Source: Lama guanicoe (taxonomy: Eukaryota). Taken from it: a stretch of 64,000 bases of DNA. Shown in pieces: positions 1 through 11,810 of this stretch (position 1 is the first letter of the stretch; each line of letters starts with the position of its first letter). The notes beneath the pieces were generated by a model. It was not told the DNA's origin, did not search any database, and was given only the letters and a program-made list of their open reading frames with translations. Made by a program: the position numbers and the translations under genes. The stretch is taken from positions 3,254,123 to 3,318,122 of the forward strand of contig MU053557.1 of the NCBI GenBank assembly GCA_013239625.1, read 5' to 3'.

Positions 1-955
1 AATTGCAAATTAAAGCAACAATGAGATACCACTACACACTATTAGAACGGCCAAAATCTGAAACAATGACAACACCAAATGCTGGTGAGGATGTAGAGCA
101 ACAGAAACTCACTCACTGAGGCTGGGAATGCAAAATGTTACAGCCACTTTGGAAGACAGTATGGAGATTTCTTACAAAACCAAACATACCCTTAACATAC
201 GATCCAGCAATCACACTCAACTTATCCAAACAAACTGCAAATTTATGGCCACAAAAAAAAAAGCTGTAAATGAATGTTTACAACAGCTTTAGTCGTAATT
301 GCCAAAACTTGGACGCAATCAAAATGTCCTTTAGTAAGTGAATGGACAAAAAAACTGTAGTCAATCTAGACGCTGGAATATTCAGTGCTAAAAAGAAATG
401 AGTTATTAAACTATGAAAAGATGTATTTGGTTCACCAAATGCATATTACTGAGTAAAAGAAGGCCCTCTGAAAAGGTTAGATATTACATGATTCCTGGAA
501 AAGGTTAGATATTATACGATTCCTGGAAAAGGTTAGATATTATACGATTCCTGGAAAAGGCAAAACTGTAGAGCAGTACTAAGATGTGTAGATGCCGGGT
601 GTCAGAAGAAAGGGAGGGATGAATACGCAAAGCACAAAGGATTTTCAGGGCAGTGAAAATACTCTCTGTATGATACTATAATGGTGGATACGTGTCATCA
701 TACATTTGTCAAAGTCCACAGCATGTATAACACCAAGACTGAACCCTAGTGTAAACTCTGGACTTTGGGTAACAATGTGCCAACGCAGGTTCACCAATTG
801 TGACAAAGCACCACTCCGGTGGAGGATGCTGATAATGGAGGAGGCTATGCAAGCGTGGAGGTGGGAAATACGTGGGAAATCTCTGTACTTTCCACTCAGT
901 TATGCTACGAACCTAAAACTGCTCTCAGAAATACAGTTTATTAAATGTTTTTAAA
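1..955 (+). mobile_element. Old L1 (L1MC-like) ORF2 end and 3'UTR
   Basis: L1 hallmarks: acaatgagataccactacacac, aaatgctggtgaggatgtagagcaacagaaactc, and the 3'UTR segment aaccctagtgtaaactctggactttgggt. Confidence 0.85.
471..560. repeat. 28-bp tandem repeat, ~3.2 copies, inside the L1
   Basis: aaaaggttagatatta(c/t)a(t/c)gattcctgg at 471-498, 499-526 and 527-554, plus aaaagg. Confidence 0.95.
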
Positions 956-1639
956 AGTGGTGGGGAAAAAACAGTTTAAAAACAGAGAATACTGAATATT
1001 CCCACTTCTATTTTGGATTAAAAAAATACACTGTTGTGTTAATGGCCATTTTCTCTGAAAAATTACAAAGAAAGGCAGTTTATGTTTCCCTAATGCTTAT
1101 CTATTGGGTTCACCTTTGTTCCTTCAATATGAGTCTTTGTGTGCCTACATAGTTGGTGCTTAGTAAATATTTTTGAATAAAAGGGAAAAGAGAAAATTAG
1201 TGCATGAAGGGAGATTTGGGGACTCCTCATTATCTTTATGGGGACCATTGTTGTCCACACTTCACTGGCCCAAACCCACATATACATCTGGAAGGAAAAC
1301 ACTGAGCACTAACTAGCATCCAGTCTGCAGCCTCCTCACAAGCCTTGAACAGTTCTGAACTTTTCTCTTAGATACCAGTCCATAAAGGTGGGTATGTCCA
1401 TGAGGAACTCAGACTGACAATGAACTCATTAGTGGCTATAATATTAGAACCACTGACTGGTGTGGCTTTGTTCCAAAGATCCTAGAAATACAAGCACTCA
1501 CCAACTAGGTTGGCGGGATGTGCCACCAGGATACAAGAAAAAAAAAGGTAGGATTTATATTTGTATTCATGATGATATTGCTTCTTTTCTAATTTGTACT
1601 TTTTCTTTGTATTTTATAATGTCATAGGATATTACATCA

Positions 1640-1800
1640 TTTATATATGTAATTTTTATATATGTGCATGTGTATACATATGTATGTATATACATATATA
1701 TACACACAGATGTATGTATATATACGCACATATTATGTAAAAAATACATATATGTAATTATACATGTGCTGTGTACATATATGTATGTATACACATATAT
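1640..1800. repeat. Degenerate (TA/TG/CA)n simple repeat
   Basis: Run of tatatgtgcatgtgtatacatatgtatgtatatac... type. Confidence 0.85.
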
Positions 1801-4299
1801 AGAAAGGGAGCATGCTCAAAAAATTTTTGCATGAAGGTGTACCATCAGAAAAGCTTACAGACCACCACAGCAGTGACCATCTGGTCCAGCCCCTTCATTT
1901 TAGAAAAGAGGAAACTAAAACTCAGAAAAGAGATAACTTGCCTACAATTTAGATCTAGCTGGTTAAAGGAAGCTAATGCTTTATCCACTTGTCTTTTTTG
2001 CTGCCTCATCTCTGTGTTTTGACAGAGTAGAACAGTGTTTTGAGTGCTATGTGAGTCCATGTAAAGAGTGCAGATACATTTTAACGTTACATTTCCCTAA
2101 AAGTTTAATTTTTAAAAAGTGCTTCCCCACCCAAATGGACCTTCGACCTCCTCTTGCAAAAGGAGGGCTGAACTTCCAGTTACGGATTGCATTCTCCTCG
2201 GCCAGATCTCCTCTTCCTAGGGAGCGTTATCCACTGTCTCACAGGAACATTATTTGTAGGGATAATGCCCAGTGGACCCTAATCATACAGAGAATCAGCT
2301 ACAGAAATCACTCAGAAAAGCATCACAGACCGTCCTCCAGCCTTCTAAAACATTACTTACAAGAGCTGTCAGCAAAAACCCTGTCTCCAGGGACCATTAC
2401 TTGGAGGGAACTCTGCCAATCACAGCATTACTTAGAAGGCACATTTTTTTTTTTTTTATGTTCCTCAAATGCCTCCTGTCAAACTAAAGTTCTGAATGGT
2501 TTCAAACACTTCCAAGTTTGGCTAAGTAAATATACTCCCAGATTCAAGTGTGGCCCAAGGGCCAGGTAAGTAAGAGTTGTTTTCTCCTAGCCTGAGTGCA
2601 CACTTTAGTTTGTCAGAGCAGCCTTATAAAATTCACTGACACTGTGGGGTTTGGATTCTGATGACTAGAGAGGCTTTTACAAGCCTAGAATCTAACGCCA
2701 GCTGTCTTCTCTTGTCTAGGGTAAGGAGAAAAACTTTGATTTCTCTGAATCGTTTTGAAAATCATCGCCTAGGACAAAAAAAAAAAAAAAAGACTAATGG
2801 CAAACGGTAAAAAGGTAAGAGCCACATCTCATCTGTTTCAAATTCTCTCCTCCGAGACCCAGAAGCCCTGCTGATTTCACACAGAAACATCTTGCACAGA
2901 AGTGGCCCATGTGAGAAACAGGGAACTAGAGATGATCTCCAGCTCCCGAAAGGCAGTTATCAATGGACCCATGTAATCATGATGTCATTACTTTGTTTTC
3001 ACTGGATGATAGAGTCTTTGCAGAATTATTTGCTGTTGGCAGACCACATATCATAATTCTCTTCCCTTTAGTAATTTCCTCTCTGCTGGAAAAATTCTGC
3101 ATGCATGGAAACCAGCTCCACAAATGGTGAAAAAATATTTACTTTTCACTTACAATTGCTTTTTTATGTACTGACTGTCAAAACATTATAAACAAAAAGT
3201 TGTGTGGAGAACTTTGGCAATATGAGTGCCTATCATGAGAAAAAAAGAAGTAAATACGTCATTTAACAAGGTGTTTACAAATAGGTCCAGAACCACAATA
3301 GATACCTCAACCACACCCAGTGACACCTCAAACTTGGCACTTGGCATTTGGAAGATAATTCAGTGACTTTTTTTTACATTTTTATTGTGCCAACACTTTT
3401 GTTATTTAACCCCTTCACAATTTATTCGCTTATTAACTAAATTCATTTTCTTAAGGTGGGAATTAATAACTAGGTATGCTAGAGACAAAGCATATTTTAA
3501 TTGTATCATTATATTTAAAACAACTCTTTTGATAGCTTTGGAATCAAATTGGAAGAATAAGGATTTTGTAGCAACTGTTCTTAAAGACTGAGCAAAACTG
3601 ATCACCAAGCATCCTGAATAAAGGGCTGGCAGGGAGAGGAGGAAGTTCTCTTAGGTGTGGAGGGAAGATCTGTCCTTGCTCTACATTATAGTAATATGTC
3701 AGGAACAGACAATGGTCAGGCTCACTGAATTAAAATAACGAAGCAACCTCCCGGTTTAGAAAAAGGATGGCCTCTGGAATCACAAAAATCAGTTTGAATT
3801 CTGCCTCCCCACTTACTATCCATGTGATTTGGGGCTAAACACTTAGATTCCCTGGGTTTCAATTTCCTTAAAATCATTTTCTGTGAGAGAAAAAAAGGAA
3901 AAAAAATATATATATATGTTTACGTCAGGAACAAGGAAAGTGCTCAAAAAGAGATAATTATTATCAAATCTGCAGACAGTCCAAAGCTGGAGTAAGGGAC
4001 ATTGTATCACAGAATTAAGCTTCAACATTATCATGATAATAGAAAGATGAGCTAAGATGGTAAGGAATATTATAGAAGGACAAAAAATAGAATCTTACAG
4101 TTAAAGTATTTTTTTTCCTTTTGGTTTTGTTTTAAGTTCAATGGTACCAGCATAGTATGTAGATATCCTGACTTATGTGGGAAAGTTTCTAAAGGCTTGA
4201 ATGACATGAAGTTTACTATGGAGACAATAGCAGGACATGGATTGCTGAATTATTATCTGTAATCTTTACTACAGAAGCATAGTTGTATAAAAATCACAG

Positions 4300-5370
4300 A
4301 AAGTAACTAGCCTAATGCGCTTTGCCACAGCTATATCTCATCTCTAACACTGTTTTCAGTTCTGGGCACCACATTTTCAGAAGGATATTTACAAAATATA
4401 GTATAACCTGAAAAGGAAACCCAAATGGCTAAAGGCTCATACAAGGCAGAGCTGAAGAAGCTAGGAATAAGGCTAAAAAAGAGAATTTTAGGGAGAATGT
4501 GATAATTGCCCTGAAACATATGAAGGGCAGTAAAAATCAAAGAGTAATAATAACTAACATGTATTGAGTACCCTGTGCAAAGTAGTCACTGTTATCTGCA
4601 TTTTGCAAAAGAGAAAACTGAGGTGCAGAGAATCAGTTACACATTTATGGTCTATAATCTGTAAGAGTTGAGCCAGTTTTCATCCGAGTAATCCATCCCC
4701 AGATCTGGGAGAGATATTAAAGCTATTTCTCAAATATTTCTAACCACTGTCTTACACGATCACAGTAAGACTGCACTCTCTCAATTTTTCTAAAGTTGGA
4801 CATGGACTAATGATTGGCTCTGGCCCATGAAATATGAGCATAAATCATACTCATGACTAGTGTGGGAGTTTAGGAGTCTGTGTGCAATTCGCCACATGCT
4901 GTTCCCACCATGGATGTGAGGACATGGAATCTCCATCAATCTAAGTCTCTGAGGGAAAATGATGAGCAGAGCTGCCCTGCAGATCCATGATGGACAAGAA
5001 GCAGGAGCAAAAAATTAACTGTTATTGTTTGATTAAGCCATTGAGATTTGGGGACTGTTTGTTACTGTGGCATTACCTCACCTTTTCTGACAAATTCACA
5101 AGCCCACGTGCTGAAACTCATTAAAATAACTCAGAGTAAGGAAACATAGTTATTCATATATTTCCAGTGGTCAGAACTAAGAACAGTTTATAGAAATTAT
5201 AGGCAAACAGATTTGGGCTTTATTTAATTTTTTTTTAACGGAAAGTCATCCAAAATTGCTTCCTGAAGTAGTGAGCTCCCTGAAAGTGGCAATGTTTAAA
5301 CAGAGGCCAAATGATGATTTTGCATCTATGTAGCAAAAGAGATGGCTTCATTAAGGAGGTTTAATGTATC
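4300..5370 (+). mobile_element. Ancient CR1/L3 LINE remnant, interrupted by MIR and MaLR fragments
   Basis: 4357-4389 translates QFWAPHFQKDI, resembling the CR1 ORF2 C-terminal motif QFWAPxxKKDI. CR1-like 3' sequence resumes at ~5160-5360 (gaagtagtgagctccctg...tgtttaaacagaggc). Confidence 0.75.
4750..5098 (+). mobile_element. MaLR LTR (old MLT1 subfamily)
   Basis: The 3' end ttaagccattgagatttggggactgtttgttactgtggcattacct...ctgacaaattca is typical of MLT1. Confidence 0.7.
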
Positions 5371-7059
5371 AAACTTTCATCCAGCACCTCCAACACACTA
5401 GGCATTTCAGCCACAAAGATAAATCTGAACACACATCCTTATTCTCAAGGATAATCAAGTTCAGAAGTTGATAACCTCAGCTGTCTCTTCTAACAGCATG
5501 AGTCAACCAAATTAGAGAAAATAACATGGCCTGAATGAAGCCAACAGCAAGCCCGAACTTAGAAATAACCATGTAGCACCAGAAATCCTGCTGATGCTTA
5601 CGTTATATTATTATTTTTCAATTAGGAGCCCAAAGTATAGGGTTTGCAAAAGGAAGGAAAACGAGAGAATTGTTGGGTTTAAAGGAGGAACATTTTCCCT
5701 TTCTCTAGTTACCATTCTTAAATCTTGCAAAGCAGGCATATTATCTGGCTTACATCAGGGGTGTTCCAGCAAAGGGAATAGCACTGACTCACAGCAATTG
5801 TTACCGACCTTTTCCATCTCTTCTCCCACCCCTGAGAGTCAGGAAGGGAACATTTCAATACTTATCAATGTCAGACCTAAAGAGAACCAATAACCTTTCC
5901 CTAAGGCCATTCTTCAGTTTGGAAATCCTTTCCAAAATATCAGCAGTATTCCCTAAAAGGGTATTTGAGCAGGGCCTAGAGGAATCCCATACTCTAAGGA
6001 TGATGTGAAAATCACGAACTAAATCAGTGACTCTAGGGCACACTGACCAAGTTCCCCCACGCACCTTTAAACAGTACTAATTTCAGTCCTTTTCCTGTTG
6101 TCATCAATAGTTAAAGAAAGCTTTGTTTAAAAAAAAAAACTTCCAAAAATCAAACAGTGCAGAGATGTGCTGTCCTTTGATTGGCTCATTGCATTTTAAT
6201 GGAAAAACATCTAAAGGGAAGCTTTAACTGTAATTGCTCTGAGGCAAACATTTCCATTTCAGGTTATCATTCATAATATTATTAGCAGTAGTATTCATAA
6301 TATATTAGTATAATATATGCAGATAGATTTTGCAGTCATTATCTAGACAAGGGTGAGGTATCTAATTACTACTGTTCCCCAACTCAAAAGCGACCGTTTG
6401 AACTCTTAATACTCCAACCCTGCCCAGGCCCTAAATTTTCTGAACTATGGTCTCCATGTTCTATGAAATAAACAAATAAATGAGGGCAAGCTGGATTTCA
6501 GTGCCACATCTTAAGTCAGCTCAATATGACATGAGTTTCTCAAAAACATACATACAGAAGAAATTGGCTTTGGCACATGGAAGAGCAGCAGGGAACTTGT
6601 AGCTCGTGCGAGTGTAATGTGCACGCTTAATACGCTCCCCAGTTTTCAAAAATACAACAATACTCTTCCAGAGATGGCAGGATCCCCGTGGTACCCAGTA
6701 TGGGGCCAAACTACCTACACAAATATACATTTTACAAACACAGATGTGAAATGTTGACCTAGGACAGAAGAGAGGCATGGAGATTCGGGTGTTTAGTCTA
6801 CTGGCTCCACACCCAAAAGTTTCAGGGGCAGACCTGACGTTTGAAGAGTGACGGCCCAGCCTGCACTTTCATCCGGGTACTATGGAAATGACCCCATTTT
6901 CCAGCACCAGTGAGCCCTCTGCCCCCTTGACCCAAGTTGAGATTTAATCTAGGGTCAGAGGGGAGACCAAGACAATCGTGCTGGCAGATACTCAGACTGA
7001 GAGAAGGGCTGGAAATCACTCAGTGTTCCTGGGCTAGCGGCTTTGACACACCCACTCAG

Positions 7060-8010
7060 AATCGATGGCCCGGGGGTGCGGCAGGGAGGCGGGGGGACCC
7101 AGGCACCCTGGTCCCGCACGCACGAAGATGCTGCAGGCATGCAGCTCTGGGCTGGGAGGTCTCTGCACTCAGCGGAGGGTTCCCTTTTCCTCCCCCTAGT
7201 CCTCCATCCCCGTGCAAAGTGAGCGGGAGAAAGTTGTGCCCGGGCCACAGGGCCCCGGGCTGGGAAGGGACCGAGGGCAGGCGGAGAAGGGTACCCGAGC
7301 CCCCTTACCTTGTCCTTGGGCCCGAGGTTCTGCAAAACCTCCTTGCCGGTGGCGCTCCGGATCTCCACGCCGGCGGGCGCGGGCGACGCGGGCGCGGGCT
7401 CCCGGCTCTCCTCCCGGCCTGGGCCCCGGCGTGGGGTGTCCCCCTCCGCCCCGGGGCGGCCCCCCGAGCCGCGGCCGCTGCCCTGGCTGCTCCGGGGAGT
7501 CTTCGCGCCCCGCTGCCCCACGCTCAGGGCATCGAAATCCAGCGTCTTGCTCTCGAAAGCGCCCTCCACGTTGCAGAACATGCCGCCGTACTTCTGCCGC
7601 GGGACCTGGTCGGTGGTGCCCGGCCGGGCCAGGTACACGGGCAGATCATCTTCGTGGGAGCTGTCCCAGCCTCTGCGGCCCGAGGCCATGCTTGGATCGC
7701 GACCGCGGCCCGCGGGTCCTCTTCCCGAGAGGCGGAAAGGGCAGCTGCCGGCAGCGCGCGCCGAGCCACAGTGACTGGGGCGGGAGGAGGCGCCTGAGCC
7801 TTCGCGCCAGAGGCGGCAGTGCTGCTCCGGTTCCTGCCAGTCCCGGCGAGCCCCCAGCCAGCGAGCGCGGCGCAGGGGCCGGAGCGGCGGCGAGTTCCGC
7901 CCGCCCCGCGGGCCGCACCACCCAGCGCGCCCGGACCCTAAGGTGTCCTGCCGCGATCACGCATCCCTGTTGCCCATCAAAGGAGAAATCCAACTTGGCG
8001 CCGCCGCGCG

Positions 8011-8020
<10 letters not shown>
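7060..8020. promoter_or_regulatory. DPYSL3: CpG island covering the DPYSL3 long-isoform promoter, 5'UTR and exon 1
   Basis: Very high GC and dense CpG compared with the CpG-depleted flanks. GC-box motifs GGGGCGGGAG (~7777-7786) and CCGCCCGCCCCG (~7897-7908). No obvious TATA. The exact TSS cannot be read from the sequence. Confidence 0.9.
7309..7689 (-). CDS. DPYSL3: Dihydropyrimidinase-related protein 3 (CRMP4), first coding exon of the long N-terminally extended isoform (127 codons; the rest of the gene lies beyond position 1)
   Basis: The translation MASGRRGWDSSHEDDLPVYLARPGTTDQVPRQKYGGMFCNVEGAFESKTLDFDALSVGQRGAKTPRS...EVLQNLGPKDK matches the long-isoform N-terminus of DPYSL3 as I recognise it. 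The ATG at 7689-7687 is in a strong Kozak context (ccaAgcATGG). The 381 nt end at the consensus donor AAG|GTAAGG (GT at 7308-7307), phase 0. Confidence 0.96.

Positions 8021-8043
<23 letters not shown>
8005..8043. repeat. Compound microsatellite (CG)7(CA)12
   Basis: Read directly from the sequence. Confidence 0.97.
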
Positions 8044-8240
8044 TCTTCCCGCTTGCCCAACAACCCCCAATTCACACTCAGAGAACTTGCCTCACTCACA
8101 CGTGCGCACAAAGCCTGCTTTCCCCACACCAACTCCCGAGTTGGCCTCACGAACACAAATCTCTCTGCCCTGCTCAGGCATGGAAACCTTGTTCGCTCAG
8201 GTGGGTTGATTTCAAAGCCAAGTCCGTCCTGATTTATAAC

Positions 8241-8241
<1 letters not shown>

Positions 8242-8279
<38 letters not shown>

Positions 8280-8303
8280 TCACTCACTCACTCACTCACT
8301 CAG
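8242..8303. repeat. (AC)17 followed by (CTCA)n microsatellite
   Basis: Read directly from the sequence. Confidence 0.95.
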
Positions 8304-8451
8304 ATTTACCAGACTCACAGTCCTAGACTTTGTTTACCCATAATCCCAGACTTGTCTCATCTTAATCTTAGAATTGTCTCACAGTTGCTCCCCGTTCTAG
8401 AATCTGCCTCGCAAACCTGCACCCTCACATAATGAACTCCTGGATTATTGG

Positions 8452-8454
<3 letters not shown>

Positions 8455-8494
<40 letters not shown>
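8455..8494. repeat. (AC)20 microsatellite
   Basis: Read directly from the sequence. Confidence 0.97.
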
Positions 8495-8497
<3 letters not shown>

Positions 8498-10699
8498 CTT
8501 ACTTCACTGACCATCGCAAAAGCCTATAATTGACTCACACACTTAAACCCACTCTTACTTCCTGTATACCACCCTAGACTTTGCTTTTTACCCACCCTTC
8601 ATACGTATACACAGTTGCCTCATACACAATTACATTGCAGATCACAGACAGGCCTTGCAAAGTACTCTTTAATACCCTGTCCTCATACAACAACCCCCTG
8701 GCTGATGCCTGACATACTGAGGTCAGAACCCTACACATGGCCACACACACAAGTCCAGATTTACCTCCAAAATGTACAACCAAAGACTTTGCCTTTCCTG
8801 TTGCCTGACACACACACAGGTTTTCCACATGCATAGGCATGCTCTCACTACCTCATCCTCTTCCCCACATCCAGCCACATACACTCGAAGCCGGACTTTG
8901 CCTCGTAAACAGAGTTCGCAAAGTGCAGGGCCTGTGTCGCATTTGCACACACAGCCTAAACCCAGAACCTGTGATGCCCACCTTAAACCCACCCCTCTCG
9001 GAAATTCACTCATGCATTTATTTAGATATCCAACACGAACTGGGTGCCTACTGTGCTCTTCAGGAGATACTGGAGTGGTAACCAAGGCAGATGGGGACAT
9101 GTCCCCACCACAGAAAGTATAGTCTACAATCACCCATTGAGGTAGCCCAGTCATTCACTGGTCTGCCCAACAGACATACTCAACTACATTTTCTGAATTC
9201 CCTACTGCATAAGCTCCATGAAGGCAGGTACCTGGTCTGCTGAGTTTACCCTTGAATATCTTGAGTCTAGAACATCTAGAGACATATAAGTTAGTCCAGA
9301 AATCCTTTTTGAATGAAGGGATAACAATCATAGTAATAACAGTGACAACAGGAAACATTTATAGTGAGGTTGCTGTGTGCCACTCATTAGTGTAACTGTT
9401 TCACACATATGTATGAATTCCTTTAATGCCCCGGAGCTGGCTTCTCTGTGCACACAGACACATTCTCTGAAGGCATCTGCACCGAAGTTGATGAACTGAA
9501 ACTCTGAACTCCAGTTTGGGGGGGAATTGCTATTGGAAAATGGGATCTCAGTGACAGGCCTGTGACAGCCTTGAGGTTTGAGGGATGGAAGCTGACCTGA
9601 CAAAGACAAGAATATTGACACAAGTTATACTTAATCCCAGTGACGAGAAAGGCACTTGCAAAACTGTCTGTGCTCTATCAAAATTACTCGTGATTTCTTA
9701 AGCTGACTTCCTCTGGGCAGCTGCTCCTTTTAAACCAATGCTGGTTGGGGATGGACCCAGAAATTCATGTGAGAAGACAGTAAAACAGGCCATTCCCTCT
9801 CTGTTTGCTCCTCTAGGTTCTTCCCTCCTCTTTCCCATTGCTCTTAACCTCTCCTCCACTCATTAATCATTTATAGACTGTTAGGGGGACATTTGCTATA
9901 TATGGCCATCACTGTCGTACGTTCCCTCCTCTGCAGAACATAATTCTAGGTGGGACGGGAACGGACAGTAAATAAGATAGGTCAAGTCAGATAGTCACAA
10001 GAGCTATGAAGAAAATAAGATAGCCCACTTTTTAATGACTGGTCAGGAAAGACTTCAAGTCTTTCCCCCTTTGACTTTCTGTAAATACCACTGGCCCCGG
10101 CACCATCAGCAAGGGCAACAATAAAGATATTCCCTGAGACTTCTTAGGATTTTATTCTGTGCCAGGCTCAGTGCTAAGGACTTCCATACAGTGTCTTGAT
10201 TAATCTTAAAAAAACACTACAAGTCAGGTACCATTATTTTCCTAGCAAAGAAGCTGAGGCTCTGAGTAAACGCCCAACTTATGACAGAATCATAACTAGA
10301 AGCAAGATACGTGCAAAGAGTCCAAGGGTTCCTTTGAGAGGAGCACATTCTGACCAAAGATGCAGGCTTGTATGTGCTCCCGCATGTGGGCGCGCAAGTA
10401 TAGAGGAGCCCGGCTGGTACAGCCACATTGCATCACCACTCTGTTACACTGTAGATGCTTAGTAATTATATTTGTTAACAAAACATCATGTTTAAGAGTC
10501 AACAGCTGCATAGACACCCATGTGTTTGATGAAGAAAGCACAGCAGCCTTTCAACAAAGACTGAAACGGGAATGGCTGATCTGACTCCAGCTCTACAACC
10601 ATGTTTACTTGGGCCAGGCAACTTACTTATTAACTTCTGGATGTCTTTCTCCTTCGTATTTGTCTGACCCACCTAACAGGATTACTAAGAACTTCATTC

Positions 10700-10910
10700 C
10701 TTGAGTAAGACTTTGTCCTGCAAATTCCATCTGCACTGCCTTAGCCTTCATGACAACCCCATAAACTGGGTGTGATTATTTGTCTCATTTTACCAGTGGA
10801 GAAAACGAGGCCTAGGCAAGTTAAGTTCCTTGCCCAAAGTATCACAGCTGGCACTCCAAGTTAGAATTTAAATCCTCTACTAGCTAATTCAGAGCCACTG
10901 ATCTTAAAAA
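10700..10910 (-). mobile_element. MIR SINE
   Basis: MIR core on the reverse strand: cattttaccagtggagaaaacgaggcctaggcaagttaagttccttgcccaaagtatcacagct. Confidence 0.75.
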
Positions 10911-11069
10911 ATGCCCCTCGACAGACTTCTGCTTTAAGGCTCCAAAGAGATAACATAAGGGGAGACCGAAAGTAAGGTGTTAACAAAGGAGATTATTCTA
11001 AGTGCCTCCAGCTGTTCTCGGGCAGAGGTTAACTTTAAGGTAAATACAAACATAAAGAAGTATCCTACC

Positions 11070-11655
11070 AAGCAACTTAGATGTCCATAGACAGATGATT
11101 GGATAAAGAAGTTGTTTTATATATGTGTGTATGTATATATATACACACACACACACAATGGAATACCATAATAAAGAAAATAATGCCATTTGCAGCAACA
11201 TGGATGGACCTGGATATTGTCATACGAGGTGAAGTAAGCCAGAAAGAGAAAGAAAAATACCATATGATATCACTTATATGTGGAATCTAAAAAATGACAT
11301 AATCTAAAAAAATGACATAAATGAAGTTATTTATTCATAAGACATAGAAAACAAATTTAAGGTTACCTGTGAGGAAAGGGGTGGGTGAAGGGATAAATTG
11401 GGAGTTTGGGATTTTCAGATACTAACTTTATACTTTATGTATAAAATAGATAAACAACAAGGTCCTACTTTATTTTCAGATACTAACTTTATACTTTATG
11501 TATAAAATAGATAAACAACAAGGTCCTACTTTATTTTCAGATACTAACTTTATACTTTATGTATAAAATAGATAAACAACAAGGTCCTACTGTATAGCAT
11601 AGGGAGCTCTATTCAATGCCTTGTAATGGCTTATAATGGAAAAGAATATGAAAAG

Positions 11656-11703
<48 letters not shown>

Positions 11704-11810
11704 CTATAAAGTACTCAATAAATTCACACAACAACTATACAGTACTCCAGAAATTAACACAACATTGTCAAATGACAATAATTCAATTTTAAAAATTTAA
11801 TTAATTTAAA
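11070..11810 (+). mobile_element. 5'-truncated cetartiodactyl-type L1 3' end
   Basis: aatgccatttgcagcaacatggatggacctgga, gaagtaagccagaaagagaaagaaaaataccatatgatatcacttatatgtggaatcta, and an A-rich tail. Contains (TA)20 at 11659-11698. Confidence 0.9.
11411..11591. repeat. 61-bp perfect tandem triplication inside the L1 3'UTR
   Basis: attttcagatactaactttatactttatgtataaaatagataaacaacaaggtcctacttt at 11411-11471 and 11472-11532; a third copy at 11533-11591 lacks the last two bases. Confidence 0.96.

Larger units (their letters stand above)
1..7308 (-). other. DPYSL3: DPYSL3 intron 1 (5' part)
   Basis: Lies downstream of the GT donor at 7308. I recognise no further CRMP4 exon (expected next residues SDRLLIKGG...) in 1-7308, and the region is repeat-rich and AT-rich. 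Confidence 0.9.

Noticed and set aside
1640..1800. Hairpin or miRNA-like inverted symmetry
   Set aside because: The self-complementarity follows trivially from the TA/TG/CA simple-repeat composition.
1976..2569. 197-aa plus-strand ORF in intron 1
   Set aside because: No recognisable domain, runs through a poly(T), and has no evident splice or promoter context. Compatible with chance.
7524..7769. Possible overlapping uORF in the DPYSL3 5'UTR
   Set aside because: It begins at GTG rather than ATG, and nothing else supports its use.
6937..8432. Long plus-strand ORFs (286, 406 and 154 aa) over the CpG island
   Set aside because: They are antisense to DPYSL3 exon 1, have low-complexity Arg/Pro/Gly/Ala and THTH content, and the 286- and 406-aa ORFs start at non-ATG codons. 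Stops are naturally scarce in GC-rich and (CA)n DNA.
11411..11591. CRISPR-like repeat array (also 471-560)
   Set aside because: Head-to-tail tandem copies without unique spacers, inside mammalian L1 elements.
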